Positions 28,122 through 39,707 of a DNA stretch of 64,000 bases are shown piece after piece; within the stretch, counting starts at the first letter, position 1, and the number at the start of each line of letters is the position of its first letter. The stretch spans positions 224,001 through 288,000 of the forward strand of contig OY771506.1 of assembly GCA_963674705.1 (NCBI GenBank). Direction: 5' to 3'. The stretch is from Phycisphaeraceae bacterium. Its GTDB lineage: Bacteria; Planctomycetota; Phycisphaerae; Phycisphaerales; Phycisphaeraceae. The position numbers were made by a program, and so were the translations under genes. Below the pieces are notes generated by a model, which made no database searches, was not told the DNA's origin, and was given only the letters and a program-made list of their open reading frames with translations.

Positions 28122-29786
28122 TTATTTGTCACTTGAACGGCGCTTGCTGCGGCCCCCACCACTCTTCTTCGACAGCGCCCGAGTGACTTCCTTGATGTCG
28201 GTGACGCCTTCCACAACCTTCGCGAGCGCCGCTTCCTGCAACCACAGCATCTTCGAGCGACGCAAGTGAGCGCGGAGCTTATCATCCTCGCCCGCCGCAA
28301 TGTACTGCCTGGCCTGGTCGTCAAGCACCATGACCTCGAACACAGCGGTACGACCACGGTAACCAAGCCCCATACAGTCGGGGCACGGCTCGGGTTTGTT
28401 CTTCACCATCACCTGACCGGAAGCATGATAAAGCTGCTCGACCTTGCTCGGCAGGTTGAACTTCTTCAACGCCGCCGGATCGGGCACGAACGGTGTGCGG
28501 CAGGTATAGCACAGTCGCCGGATCAAGCGTTGCGAGATCGCGGCCGTGATGGACTTCGCTGCCAGCTTACGGTCACCGACCGCCTTGACCCACAGCTTGA
28601 CCGCCATGAACGTGTCGTCCGCTTCCATCGGCAGGTAGATACGCGCCTCGGCCGAACCGCGAGCGGCGTGGGCCGGGGTCTTGGCGTCGGCGAAACGAGA
28701 AAGCAACAAGACCTGCGGGTCGGCACGGATAATCGCCTGAAGTTTCTCGTTGAACTTCTCCGGCGTCATGCTTTCCTCAAGCTTGTTGTGGTGGACGCCT
28801 TCCAACTCCCAGGCGACTTCCTCTTCCATCGTCACGACACTGCTGGTGTAAGGGTCGTGCTCACTGAGGATGCTGTAGAGCGTGGTCGTCGTACCCTGTC
28901 CCGGGGGCGAAGCGATCAGTGTCACACCACCGACCGTCGAAAGCAGCTCGCGCACCTTCTTGAGCTGAGGCTCCATGAAGCCCAATTGTTCCAGCGGCAT
29001 CTGCGTTCGCAGGTCCGGATCGATGTTGATGATCATGCTCAGTCCGCGGGTCGAACCCGACGTCGCCAGGTCCATCGTGTGCCGACCGAGTTCACCGGCA
29101 TCAACCTTCAATAGACCCGACTGCTTCTTGCGGCGCTCAGCCAGGTCCATCCCCGCCGACATCTTCAGGTACTCCACCAGACGCATCGCCAGCGCCGGCT
29201 CGATCCCTTCCGACTGCGGGTAAGACACACCGTCGATACGCGTGACGATCGCCGCTTTGGACGGCTCGACAACCACATCGATTCGGTCGGCGTTACGCGG
29301 GAAGGCGAAGTCCAGCAGGTTCTCCAGCAGATGGTGTGCCTCGGAGTTTGGATCATCACGACTGGGTACAGGCAGACGCGTCTCGTCCTTCTTCATCAGA
29401 ATGACGGCCGCGTGCTTCTGTGCCGACGCTTTATTCTTGTTACTGATCGCGTCCTTAATGAACTGCAGCGAGACTTCCCACTTGGCGGGCGGCGGCACTT
29501 CATTGTTTCGGTAATAGATATAACCGAACGACACACCCGCCAGGATCATCAGCGCAAGCGGCAAGCCGATGAAGAAGAACGGGATCAGCAGCAGCAGGCC
29601 GAACGCCAAGACCGCGCTGGCAAGATGCCCTGTATTCCAGAGTTTGCGTTTGAGGTAAAAACGTTCAGCATCCTTATCCAGGTTGCTGACTACCCAACCC
29701 CACCCGATGACGAGAGCCAAGAACAAAATCGGCTTGAACAAGCTCATCAGGAAGGCGGGTTCGGCCGATGCGATCACGTATGTCAT
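28122..29786 (-). CDS. PilB/GspE-like ATPase-fold protein with N-terminal TM helices and degenerate catalytic motifs
   Basis: RIDGV, MDLAERRKKQSG, SQRLIRRLCYTC...CPDCMGLGYRGRTAVFEV. Walker A reads SPPGQGTTT. Start taken at ATG 29786. Confidence 0.85.
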   Translation of the reverse strand: MTYVIASAEPAFLMSLFKPILFLALVIGWGWVVSNLDKDAERFYLKRKLWNTGHLASAVLAFGLLLLIPFFFIGLPLALMILAGVSFGYIYYRNNEVPPPAKWEVSLQFIKDAISNKNKASAQKHAAVILMKKDETRLPVPSRDDPNSEAHHLLENLLDFAFPRNADRIDVVVEPSKAAIVTRIDGVSYPQSEGIEPALAMRLVEYLKMSAGMDLAERRKKQSGLLKVDAGELGRHTMDLATSGSTRGLSMIINIDPDLRTQMPLEQLGFMEPQLKKVRELLSTVGGVTLIASPPGQGTTTTLYSILSEHDPYTSSVVTMEEEVAWELEGVHHNKLEESMTPEKFNEKLQAIIRADPQVLLLSRFADAKTPAHAARGSAEARIYLPMEADDTFMAVKLWVKAVGDRKLAAKSITAAISQRLIRRLCYTCRTPFVPDPAALKKFNLPSKVEQLYHASGQVMVKNKPEPCPDCMGLGYRGRTAVFEVMVLDDQARQYIAAGEDDKLRAHLRRSKMLWLQEAALAKVVEGVTDIKEVTRALSKKSGGGRSKRRSSDK

Positions 29787-29955
29787 GGTCTGTTTCACTG
29801 GTTCCGGGCGGTGGCCCCGGGGGTGTAAAGTTTGGATCGGCCGGGTCCGGCATACCGACGCGGGCCAGTCCCGACGGCCCGGTCCTCTGTTCGGGCCTGA
29901 TTCATCATAACCCCGGATGGCCTCAACGTTAAACCAGAGCCCACCCGGGCCCCGG

Positions 29956-31107
<1,152 letters not shown>

Positions 31108-31829
31108 GACAGCTCCTATTTCGCTCAAATGAATTCAAGATGACATCACACGGTCGGTCCGGCCGCGCCACACAAATCCCCCGGTAGCAGGTTCTTGCGT
31201 TGAGCCCCACTCCGTCGAGGCATAGCAGAATCGCATTTTAACCCATGACTTGCCGCCTTGCACGGCTGACCTTTGATAAAACCCATGGGCATGAATCTGA
31301 GCACATCAGGCCCGCAGCCCTATAACCTCTTAGCCCACTTCATGTGCCGCAAGATTACTCGATGAATGAACACTTGTACGGCCCCCCATTTCGATGCTTG
31401 ATCATAATGTCTTTATTATAAAAATATTTATAGACGCTCCAGTTGTGCACCGTGTACGAATTTACAGTTGAAATAAGCACTGCAGTCGATATATTGAGAC
31501 TAGCATATCAGTTTATTGAGCGAGCAGGCAGCGCAGTTGCTGCCAACGGAGGGGGAGGGCAGCCGTGTTCACCGTATCACCAGCACAATCTTCAAAGCAC
31601 CACGACGGTGTCTGCTGCGCGGACCGACCACCTCCCAAGACAATCAAACCGATCAGAAATTATCTGTAGCGGGCGATGACCTGCTCACGCGCGCGTTTAC
31701 ACACGAACCATTGTGAAATTGGGACACAAACTCAAAGACACCATCACAACTCATCTGACAATTCATCGTTCGTTGTTGAGGGAAGAAAGCTTGACAACAT
31801 TCATTCAACCAGTGCCTGGAGCAAACACG

Positions 31830-33758
31830 ATGTCAGAATCTCACCGCCGAACAAACCTTCCGAAATTGATCTTAAGGCTTGCAGCCTTTTTCGGTATTGT
31901 GGCTTGCTGTAGCAATGCAAACGCAGTGATTTATGAATATGTAGACGGCACCTTCGGCGGGCAGCGCGGCGCGGGAATGATCTTCGCCGGCATGGTCGAT
32001 GACGGCTGGATCGAACACTGGAGCGAGGTGCCCGACCCCAATCCCACTACCTCCATCCGTGAACTTGAACTCTACGATCCCCTTGTCGGCCAAGCCGTCC
32101 TCGAACTGACTCAGCAAGGCTCCGTAAACAACTCCGGTTCAACCCTGGAGCTTTGGAACCACGGCCGGGTCGAAGCGATTGCGGGCTCGGCAGGTGCGCT
32201 GATGAATAACTGGCAGGTCGCCTCTTGGAATATTTCCGGATCACCCTACAGCCAGGCACACGCCGACAGCACGCTGCAAGACCTCGCCTATCGCATCATG
32301 CCCAGTGAAGAAGGCGAGCAGGTAGGCGACGCCGTCTGGCTGACCTTCTACAGCTACTTCAACGTCAACCACAGCGTCAACCACTACAGCTTCTCCGAAT
32401 GGACCGACTTCCCCGACTCCGACGGCCCCTACCACGTCAAGGGCATCCTCTCAGGGCCGTACCCCGCACCATTTAATGTCAGCCTGCGCACCGACGATAC
32501 CGTACGCGACAGGCCTGCGCTCTATGCCGCTGAAGACTACGACCACAGCGCCCGCGTGTTTTACGGCGAACGTGTAGCGGCGCACATCGGTGACACCATC
32601 GTGTTCAACGGCGGCGTCCTGCCATGGATGACGATCTACGACTACGGGGAAGATCAAGGCATGCAGGTCGGCGTCAGTGAACGCGCCGTCTCCGATCTCT
32701 CGCTGGATACGTCCGTCACCACGACGCTTGCCGAAGACGGTTTCATCCTCGAGGGCCCGGCCGAACTGCACTGGGAAGCACGCCACGTCCACGGCGAGAA
32801 CATGGGCATGGAAGAATTCCACGACGAGTCCGGTGAATACTTCGAATCTTTCGATACCTGGCAGAGCATCACCGATGCCCACGCCGATCAGCAATCCGAG
32901 ATCACATCCTACTGGCTCAGCGCCGGTGGCCAGGCCGAGGCGCAGAACAGCGCGATGGCTGTGTCGTATTACGAGGTCGAGTTCGAGCTCTACGAGACAA
33001 CCTCGTACCAGTTGCACATGATCATTGATGCATCCGACAGCGCGACGACCAGCTTTGATTTGAGCGGCCCAACGAACATCGCCTACTCGGCCAGCGGCGG
33101 ATGGAATCCGCGATGGGATACCGGCCAGCTGATGCCCGGCATCTACACGCTCACCGTGCAAGCCGAAGCGGATTCGGGAATGGCTGGCGGCGTCGACGTC
33201 TGGGCCAACTTCGACTTCAACATGAATCTCGGCGAACCCGAACGCGTCCCCTTCGATCCGCCCGACACCACCATCCTCTACGACAAACTCGATATCGGCG
33301 ATCCCCTGGCGTGGACCGTCGAGACCGGCCCCTACGGCGACGCATCGATCGTCGGCCACCCGGACCGACCAGACGGCGTACTTAGCCTGTTTGATCCCGG
33401 CAACGACGCGGTCATCATCCGTCAACTTGTCGATGTCTCGAATATCATTGGCATCGAGTTCGACTTCCTCTTCGATGGCCCCGGTCGACTGGACATCCTG
33501 CTCAACGACACGCTGCTGACCGCCATCTATTCTCAGGGCTCTTCCGGCTTCACCTACTTCCAGGATGAGTTCACACTCGCAAGCGTCGGGCTCAGCCCCG
33601 GTCAATACTGGCTTACGTTCAAACTGTCCAATCCCGACGCTGCGGACCCACAGGCATACATCGACGAGATGCTGGTAACGAGCTGGGTCCCCGAACCAGG
33701 TGCGATCTTCATCTTCATATTATCCGGCGCGATGCTCTTCAGACGCGAGCGTCAATAA
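31830..33758 (+). CDS. Acidic secreted PEP-CTERM protein
   Basis: GGAG upstream of ATG 31830, signal peptide ending ...SNANA, C-terminal VPEPGAIFIFILSGAMLFRRERQ. Confidence 0.88.
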   Translation: MSESHRRTNLPKLILRLAAFFGIVACCSNANAVIYEYVDGTFGGQRGAGMIFAGMVDDGWIEHWSEVPDPNPTTSIRELELYDPLVGQAVLELTQQGSVNNSGSTLELWNHGRVEAIAGSAGALMNNWQVASWNISGSPYSQAHADSTLQDLAYRIMPSEEGEQVGDAVWLTFYSYFNVNHSVNHYSFSEWTDFPDSDGPYHVKGILSGPYPAPFNVSLRTDDTVRDRPALYAAEDYDHSARVFYGERVAAHIGDTIVFNGGVLPWMTIYDYGEDQGMQVGVSERAVSDLSLDTSVTTTLAEDGFILEGPAELHWEARHVHGENMGMEEFHDESGEYFESFDTWQSITDAHADQQSEITSYWLSAGGQAEAQNSAMAVSYYEVEFELYETTSYQLHMIIDASDSATTSFDLSGPTNIAYSASGGWNPRWDTGQLMPGIYTLTVQAEADSGMAGGVDVWANFDFNMNLGEPERVPFDPPDTTILYDKLDIGDPLAWTVETGPYGDASIVGHPDRPDGVLSLFDPGNDAVIIRQLVDVSNIIGIEFDFLFDGPGRLDILLNDTLLTAIYSQGSSGFTYFQDEFTLASVGLSPGQYWLTFKLSNPDAADPQAYIDEMLVTSWVPEPGAIFIFILSGAMLFRRERQ

Positions 33759-33947
33759 GTAAGAAAGATCGCCAGCCACATACGAAAGGAGGTGAGAAAG
33801 CATTTTTAAAACTGCGGCCACTGAATGACGCCCCCGCGTAATGCATTCGCTCGGAGACGCCCCACCTCTCGACTCTCAGTTAGCGTGCTGTACAAAACAG
33901 ACAATCCATTGCTCCATGTCATTGGGGCGGAGAGATGAGAAAGAACC

Positions 33948-34832
33948 ATGTTTACGCGAACTTCCATATTCGTATCAGTACTTGCCGTACTGTTTACCTC
34001 GGCTGCCGTGAACGCCGATTGGTTTGTTGGTGACGATTACAAGATGCACTACCCTCAGTTGCCCGACCTGAGCCCCGAGGGCATGGATGTGCTGGCGAGC
34101 CTGACGACGGATTCCACCGGCACGAATGCCATGGCCAAGGTGCTGGCCGACGACTTCCTCTGCACGCAGTCCGGTGCGATTACTGATATCCACATCTGGG
34201 GCTCCTGGTTACTAGACCATGTATCAGCCGTGCCCAATCACGGCACGTTCGTCATAGGGATCTACAGCGATATCCCCGATCCGGATGGTGACGGACCGGC
34301 CTACAGCATGCCCGGCGAGTTACTCTGGGACATGAAGTTCAGGCCCGGTGAGTACGACGTCCGCATCGAAGCCGACGGCCCCGAACAGTTCTTCGACCCT
34401 AACCTCAACGAGATCATCGGCACAGACAATATCGCCTGGCAGTACAACTTCCTGATCGATGAAGCGCTGGCTTTCAGGCAGGAAGAGGGAAAGGTCTACT
34501 GGCTGTCCGTCACGAACCTTGACCCGGACAACGACGGCGCCATCAGCCTGATTGATCTGTCCAACGTCCTGGCAGGACACAACCGCTTCGGCTGGAAGTC
34601 ATCGAAGGACCACTGGAACGATGACGCCGTGTTCATCGATCTGGAAAACGTATTCAACATGCCTGTCGATGCCATCTACCCACCAAACACCCCGGGCGCG
34701 GTGCTGCCATGGCAGGAACTGATCAATCCACTGACCGGTGAATCCATGGACCTCGCCTTCGTCATCACACCCGAACCGGCGACCCTCGCCCTGCTGACCC
34801 TCGGAACCCTCGCCGTTCTGCGGCGACGTTAA
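33948..34832 (+). CDS. Secreted PEP-CTERM protein (paralog of 34915-35700)
   Basis: Signal peptide ...AVNA; KMHYPQLPD; C-terminal TPEPATLALLTLGTLAVLRRR. Confidence 0.92.
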   Translation: MFTRTSIFVSVLAVLFTSAAVNADWFVGDDYKMHYPQLPDLSPEGMDVLASLTTDSTGTNAMAKVLADDFLCTQSGAITDIHIWGSWLLDHVSAVPNHGTFVIGIYSDIPDPDGDGPAYSMPGELLWDMKFRPGEYDVRIEADGPEQFFDPNLNEIIGTDNIAWQYNFLIDEALAFRQEEGKVYWLSVTNLDPDNDGAISLIDLSNVLAGHNRFGWKSSKDHWNDDAVFIDLENVFNMPVDAIYPPNTPGAVLPWQELINPLTGESMDLAFVITPEPATLALLTLGTLAVLRRR

Positions 34833-34846
34833 TACCAACACTTCAC

Positions 34847-34876
34847 GCTCACCGGGCTTCACCTCGCCCGGTGGGC
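34847..34876. other. Intergenic hairpin
   Basis: GCTCACCGGGC-8 nt-GCCCGGTGGGC; no U-tract. Confidence 0.45.
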
Positions 34877-34914
34877 ACGCATCAAAACTGTTTGATCTTT
34901 GAAAGGAGAGGATC

Positions 34915-35700
34915 ATGATACAACGACTCGCCGTCCTCACATTGGCACTTAGCTTTGTCCTGCTTGCCGCGCCTGCCCAGGCAGACTGGGACCCGGGTGA
35001 TTCCTACAAGATGCACTACCCACAACTACCCGACCCAACCGGCTGGGATGTCGAGTTTGTGTCGTGGTCTAACAAGATCGGCGACGACTGGCAGTGCACC
35101 GAGACCGGCCCCGTCTCAGACATCCACATCTGGCTGTCATGGCAGGCTGACAATATCAATGGTGGCGGTCTGCCCGGGCGGATCGAAACCGTCGGCGTCG
35201 AAATCTACAAAAATGTGAATCCTGATGCGGTGTTGCCGTACAGCCGGCCGGAGATCGATCCGGTTTGGTCATACGTCTTCGACGCATCACAAGTCGCACG
35301 CCGACCCTACGGCCAGGGCGATCAAGGCTGGTACTCACCGCAACTGGGCATGCAGCAAGGTCTCGCCTGGCAACGGCCCGACCACATCTTCTTCGAGCAA
35401 CTGAATATCACCAACATCCAGGACCCCTTCATCCAGCAGGAAGGCGAGGTCTACTGGCTCGTAATGTGGGTCGCATGGGAGGGAACACAAAACCCCGCCG
35501 GCTGGAAGACTACGCAGGACCACTTCATGGATGATGCGGTCTGGTACGACTGGACCGAAGATAACCCGCTACTGCGGTGGAACGAGATCGTCGATCCCAT
35601 CAACGGCCAATCTCTCGACCTTGCCTTCGTCATCACCCCCGAACCCGCATCGATCGCACTTCTGACGATCGGCACAATGGCGCTGATCCGAAGGCGCTGA
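34915..35700 (+). CDS. Secreted PEP-CTERM protein (paralog of 33948-34832)
   Basis: AAAGGAG SD; signal peptide ...PAQA; KMHYPQLPD; C-terminal TPEPASIALLTIGTMALIRRR. Confidence 0.92.
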   Translation: MIQRLAVLTLALSFVLLAAPAQADWDPGDSYKMHYPQLPDPTGWDVEFVSWSNKIGDDWQCTETGPVSDIHIWLSWQADNINGGGLPGRIETVGVEIYKNVNPDAVLPYSRPEIDPVWSYVFDASQVARRPYGQGDQGWYSPQLGMQQGLAWQRPDHIFFEQLNITNIQDPFIQQEGEVYWLVMWVAWEGTQNPAGWKTTQDHFMDDAVWYDWTEDNPLLRWNEIVDPINGQSLDLAFVITPEPASIALLTIGTMALIRRR

Positions 35701-35721
35701 TCGAATGCAGGGAAAAGCCGC

Positions 35722-35750
35722 CCCCGGCTGACGAATCGTGTCAGCCGGGG
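35722..35750. other. Intergenic hairpin
   Basis: CCCCGGCTGAC-7 nt-GTCAGCCGGGG, a perfect 11-bp stem. Confidence 0.5.
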
Positions 35751-35871
35751 AATGTCAACAGCAGAATCACCAGTCACAGATCACAACTCATTATCAAGCA
35801 AACTAGTCCGAATCCTTTCCTGACGATCAATCGGTCTCAAATGTGAACCGAATCATGAAAGGACTATACCC

Positions 35872-36645
35872 ATGCAAAAAACAATGAACATCACTGCAGC
35901 CATCACCGCAATGGCTGTTGTGGTTTGTCTGTCTCAAGTTTCCGTGGCAGCGCCGTTCGTTAATCCACCAGAATCCAACTGTCCACAATGGGTGACAGCC
36001 TTCCCCTATCAACGGAACATCCTTGTCGGCTTCGATACCGATCCGCACCAATGGCCGGACCACGTCACAAGTCCGACACCCGGCGAACGCAAAGCCCTGA
36101 CGCCCGATCTCGTTCATCATGAAGGTACCGATGATCCAGTGCTGTACCCCTCGGATTGGATAGCCGGGAATGTTGATCCGTCCACGAACGGGTACACCGA
36201 GTGGATGCCCATAGACACAGAAACGGGCTCGAATCGGAAGGGCATCCTGGCGCTGCATGGATCAGCGGGCACAACAATCACACTCGTCTGGCACATCGAC
36301 AACTGGGACCGGCCCTACAAGGAAAAACACTTCTACGCAGAGGTCGAGTTCTACACAACGGGTAACGATGGGATCGATGAACTGATCAGCAGCACCGGAC
36401 AGATCGAGACACTGGACGCCCATTACGAAGTACTGGCGGACGGCTGGGTGCGCTGGTGGAGCTGGGCCACCCTCGTGCCGAATCCCGAGTGGGAGCAAAT
36501 GGTTAATACCATCACCTTCCAGGAAGACGGCTTCCTGCTGATGGATTACATGCACATCGCTACCGAATGTGTTCCCGAACCCGCATCGATCACACTGCTT
36601 GGTCTGATCGGTCTGACAATAACGCGCCGTAACACAATCCGCTGA
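35872..36645 (+). CDS. Secreted PEP-CTERM protein
   Basis: AAAGGA SD; signal peptide; C-terminal TECVPEPASITLLGLIGLTITRR. Confidence 0.9.
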   Translation: MQKTMNITAAITAMAVVVCLSQVSVAAPFVNPPESNCPQWVTAFPYQRNILVGFDTDPHQWPDHVTSPTPGERKALTPDLVHHEGTDDPVLYPSDWIAGNVDPSTNGYTEWMPIDTETGSNRKGILALHGSAGTTITLVWHIDNWDRPYKEKHFYAEVEFYTTGNDGIDELISSTGQIETLDAHYEVLADGWVRWWSWATLVPNPEWEQMVNTITFQEDGFLLMDYMHIATECVPEPASITLLGLIGLTITRRNTIR

Positions 36646-36697
36646 TCGTATGTACTGTCAGCCCCTCGTCCGCTCGCGCCACACGCGCGACCCCCCC

Positions 36698-36731
36698 GAA
36701 GCCCACGTTCAAAGAACGTGGGTTTCTTTCT
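36698..36731 (+). terminator. Intrinsic terminator / palindrome after the PEP-CTERM cluster
   Basis: GAAGCCCACGTTC-AAA-GAACGTGGGTTTC followed by TTTCT. Confidence 0.6.
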
Positions 36732-36755
36732 GATTTGTGTTGATCATTCAACTGT

Positions 36756-37050
36756 TCACGACACCGGCCTGATCGGCAACCCCGCATCGATCAGATACTG
36801 CTTAGTCACACCGATCGGATACTCGCCGTAGTGAAAGATGCTCGCCGCCAGCGCCGCATCCGCGCGCGTCTGTTCAAACACCTGTTTCATGTGCTCGGGG
36901 CTGCCACAACCCCCCGACGCCACCGCCGGCACATCCACCGCATCCGCGATCGCTTTAGTGATCTCGATGTCGTAACCATCCTTCGTCCCGTCCGCATCCA
37001 TGCTCTTTATATACCCGCGCGATCTCCACCGGATCGCCCGCGTCCCGTAA
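36756..37050 (-). pseudogene. hisF: hisF remnant: a 5' fragment ([16 protein letters not shown]) joined out of frame to the 3' 81 codons
   Basis: 36781-37005 is near-identical to 39730-39954, and 37015-37041 matches 40437-40463. About 473 bp of the middle and the 5' end are missing. Confidence 0.9.
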
Positions 37051-37065
37051 CGCAGTTAACAGTAA

Positions 37066-38115
37066 CTACCGTGCCTCTCTGGATCTGAGTTTATTACTCA
37101 GCTTGGTCTTGAGCGGCTCGACGTCATCCAGACGGATAGGCAACACGTCAAAGTACAGCGAGCCGGTCAGCGGCAGCACCGTCTCGTCACCACGCGCCAT
37201 CCGCGCCAGGATGCGCACGGACTGATACCCGAACTGGTAGGGGTCCTGCACGAGTGTTGCGTAGACTTCGCCATCGAGGATGCCCTGCAACGTGTCTTCA
37301 TGCTCATCGAACGCCACGAGTTGAACCTGCCCGGCCTTGCCCGCCTCCTTCAGAGCCGATAAACACAACGGCGAGTTGTACCCGAACATGCCAACCATGC
37401 ATCCTAGGTCGGGGTGTTCCACCAATGCCTTGGCCGCGTTCTCCCGGGCCCTGTCCATGTTGTGGTCATCAACCATCGTCCCCAGGATCGTATATCCACC
37501 ACCAGCCAAAGGCTGGTCGGGGACATCGAAGCCCTGTGGATTTTTAGGCCTGCCCAACAACTCATCGATAAAACCCTGTCGGCGGAGTCGCGCGTTGTCC
37601 TGATCGACACTGCCGATGAAAATCATCAGTGAGCCTCCATCAGGCATCGCTTCCTTGACCAGTTGAGCGCACTTCTGACCCGCCTTGTAATTATCGGTGC
37701 CGATGTAACACAAACGCTCACTGTAAGGTGCGTCAGAGTCGTGTGTGACCAGGTATGTTTTCTCGGCGATCCGTTTCAACAAGACCGACTGCCTGCTGGG
37801 ATCGATCGGACTAATCGCCACACCATCCACATCGTCCTGTTCAAGTAACTCACGGATGAATTTGTTCTGATCATCCAAGCCTTCTTTCGGCATGATGACA
37901 CGGACATTGGCATTCAAGCGTTTAGCCGAATCCTCCGCACCCGCCGCAGCGATTTCCGAGAAGGCGTCCGACGCGTTGGTGATAAACACGATATCCACCG
38001 GCATCTCGGAACCCTGGCTTTCCTGAAACCGCCCCACCCAAACCCATGCGGCGACTGCCGCTACCACAATTAATACGATCGTCCAGAGAACCTTGCGAGT
38101 ACCCGACTCTGCCAT
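37066..38115 (-). CDS. Periplasmic sugar-binding protein (RbsB-like, PBP type 1)
   Basis: N-terminal TM/signal, DGVAISPID, HDSDAP, YIGTDNYKAG, VAFDE, QDPYQFGY; AAAGGAGG SD. Confidence 0.9.
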   Translation of the reverse strand: MAESGTRKVLWTIVLIVVAAVAAWVWVGRFQESQGSEMPVDIVFITNASDAFSEIAAAGAEDSAKRLNANVRVIMPKEGLDDQNKFIRELLEQDDVDGVAISPIDPSRQSVLLKRIAEKTYLVTHDSDAPYSERLCYIGTDNYKAGQKCAQLVKEAMPDGGSLMIFIGSVDQDNARLRRQGFIDELLGRPKNPQGFDVPDQPLAGGGYTILGTMVDDHNMDRARENAAKALVEHPDLGCMVGMFGYNSPLCLSALKEAGKAGQVQLVAFDEHEDTLQGILDGEVYATLVQDPYQFGYQSVRILARMARGDETVLPLTGSLYFDVLPIRLDDVEPLKTKLSNKLRSREAR

Positions 38116-38519
38116 CTTGCGCCTCCTTTGGTAGTCCTATCCAACTTGGACAGAATCAGTCCGTAATATCCAATTTATATGAAAGTAAAAACCTTACATA
38201 TGTTTGCGCGCCCTGACCATTATCATACAAAGCTGAATATCGATTGGGGATCAAAATTACGAAGTGAAACCAAGTAACAATGCGTTACACAAGAAACATC
38301 AGAAAACGCGTGTAACATCAGACAATAAACTATGCGAATCAGACGCCGCACATGTGGCTTATATTATACACTGATTTTTTTAATAAATCAGTTCTATAAT
38401 GAGTTTCGTAAGCAAGACGAGGGCTGGTATGATTCGTGAAGAGCGGCCCCCATGAAGTTGAAGTTTGAACAAGCACTGACTGAAGACCCAATCCATGATC
38501 CCAAAAAACAGGTGCATGC

Positions 38520-39605
38520 ATGCTGAAACAGTGGACTCTATTACTGGTTTTGTCTTGCACTACACTCGGGGCATGTAGTTCCAGTCACAATAAGGTTTCG
38601 ACCTCATCAGACCCGACGTACACAACGGTCAAACAATCCATAGAAGCCAAACAGTTACCTTTCGTGAAACGGCCGTTCCCAACGTATGCAGATGGACGGT
38701 GGATAGGCAACGCCATCTGCTATGGGCCACACCGTGACGGACAGGCGCCCGGCGCCGATTCGCCCTCGCGTGAAGAATTGCTCGAAGACCTCAATATTAT
38801 GAGTCGACACTGGCGCATGCTCAGAATGTATAGCTCCGTGGGGCCGGCGGAAGAGGTGCTTCAAATCATTCACGATGAAGCAATCGATATGAAAGTCGTC
38901 GTGGGTGCCTGGATCGGCACCGAAGCACATGTGGATGAGAACGGCAAGATCATCGAACGATTCCCGCAAGCCGTCATCGATAATCACAAAGAAGTCGAGA
39001 CGGCAATCCGTTTGGCCAATGCGTATCCCGACATCGTCACCGCCATCACGGTCGGTAACGAGACCCAGGTGTCCCAGTCGTTCCACAAGGTACGAACACC
39101 GGTCCTGATCAACTACATCCGCCAAGTGCGAGCACGGACAAAAGTCCCCGTCAGCACATCCGATGTTTACACTTTCTGGAACAGCACGCGCAGCAAGGCA
39201 ATCGCCGATGAGGTTGACTACATCGTCACCCATATTTACGCGATGTGGAACCAGCAGCCACTCGACAACGCACTGGCTTGGACACAGGCGCAATACCGGG
39301 CGGGCCTCGACCAATATCCGGATCACTTCTTTGTACTAGGGGAAGCGGGATGGGCAACCGTAAAACACGACGAGGGGGAGCAGGCCAGACTCATCACCGG
39401 TCAAGCCGGTGAGACCGAGCAGCAACGTTTTTACCAAGAGTTCATCGCCTGGACCACCGAGAACCGGATCCCCAACTTCTACTTCGAGGCATTCGACGAA
39501 AACTGGAAAGGCAGCGAACACCCCAATGAAGTCGAGAAACACTGGGGCCTATATAACACCGACCGTACCCCCAAACAGGCGATCAAGAACTTGATCACAC
39601 AATAA
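38520..39605 (+). CDS. GH17-like beta-1,3-glucanase/glucanosyltransferase, lipoprotein
   Basis: Lipobox LGAC; RMYS, TVGNET (acid/base), GEAGW (nucleophile), FEAFDENWK...EKHWGLY. Confidence 0.85.
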   Translation: MLKQWTLLLVLSCTTLGACSSSHNKVSTSSDPTYTTVKQSIEAKQLPFVKRPFPTYADGRWIGNAICYGPHRDGQAPGADSPSREELLEDLNIMSRHWRMLRMYSSVGPAEEVLQIIHDEAIDMKVVVGAWIGTEAHVDENGKIIERFPQAVIDNHKEVETAIRLANAYPDIVTAITVGNETQVSQSFHKVRTPVLINYIRQVRARTKVPVSTSDVYTFWNSTRSKAIADEVDYIVTHIYAMWNQQPLDNALAWTQAQYRAGLDQYPDHFFVLGEAGWATVKHDEGEQARLITGQAGETEQQRFYQEFIAWTTENRIPNFYFEAFDENWKGSEHPNEVEKHWGLYNTDRTPKQAIKNLITQ

Positions 39606-39707
39606 AACAAGCTGATTCAACGCCTGCAGTCACAATAAAAACACCGAACTGGCACATCTTCATGGCTTACATGGAGCTGCGCGTGTTTCAACACAAACGA
39701 AAATGTA

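Noticed and set aside
31130..31829. Riboswitch or ncRNA in the 700-bp pilT / PEP-CTERM spacer (GGCAGC-GCAGTT-GCTGCC hairpin)
   Set aside because: I recognised no family consensus by eye; an Rfam search would be needed.
36756..37001. Functional 81-aa mini-HisF
   Set aside because: It is less than a half barrel, lacks an evident RBS, and is explained by a deletion junction.
36756..39707. Integrase-driven genomic island or prophage at the hisF 3' end
   Set aside because: No integrase or phage gene is present, and the remnant also contains a 5' hisF piece, which simple att-site duplication does not produce.
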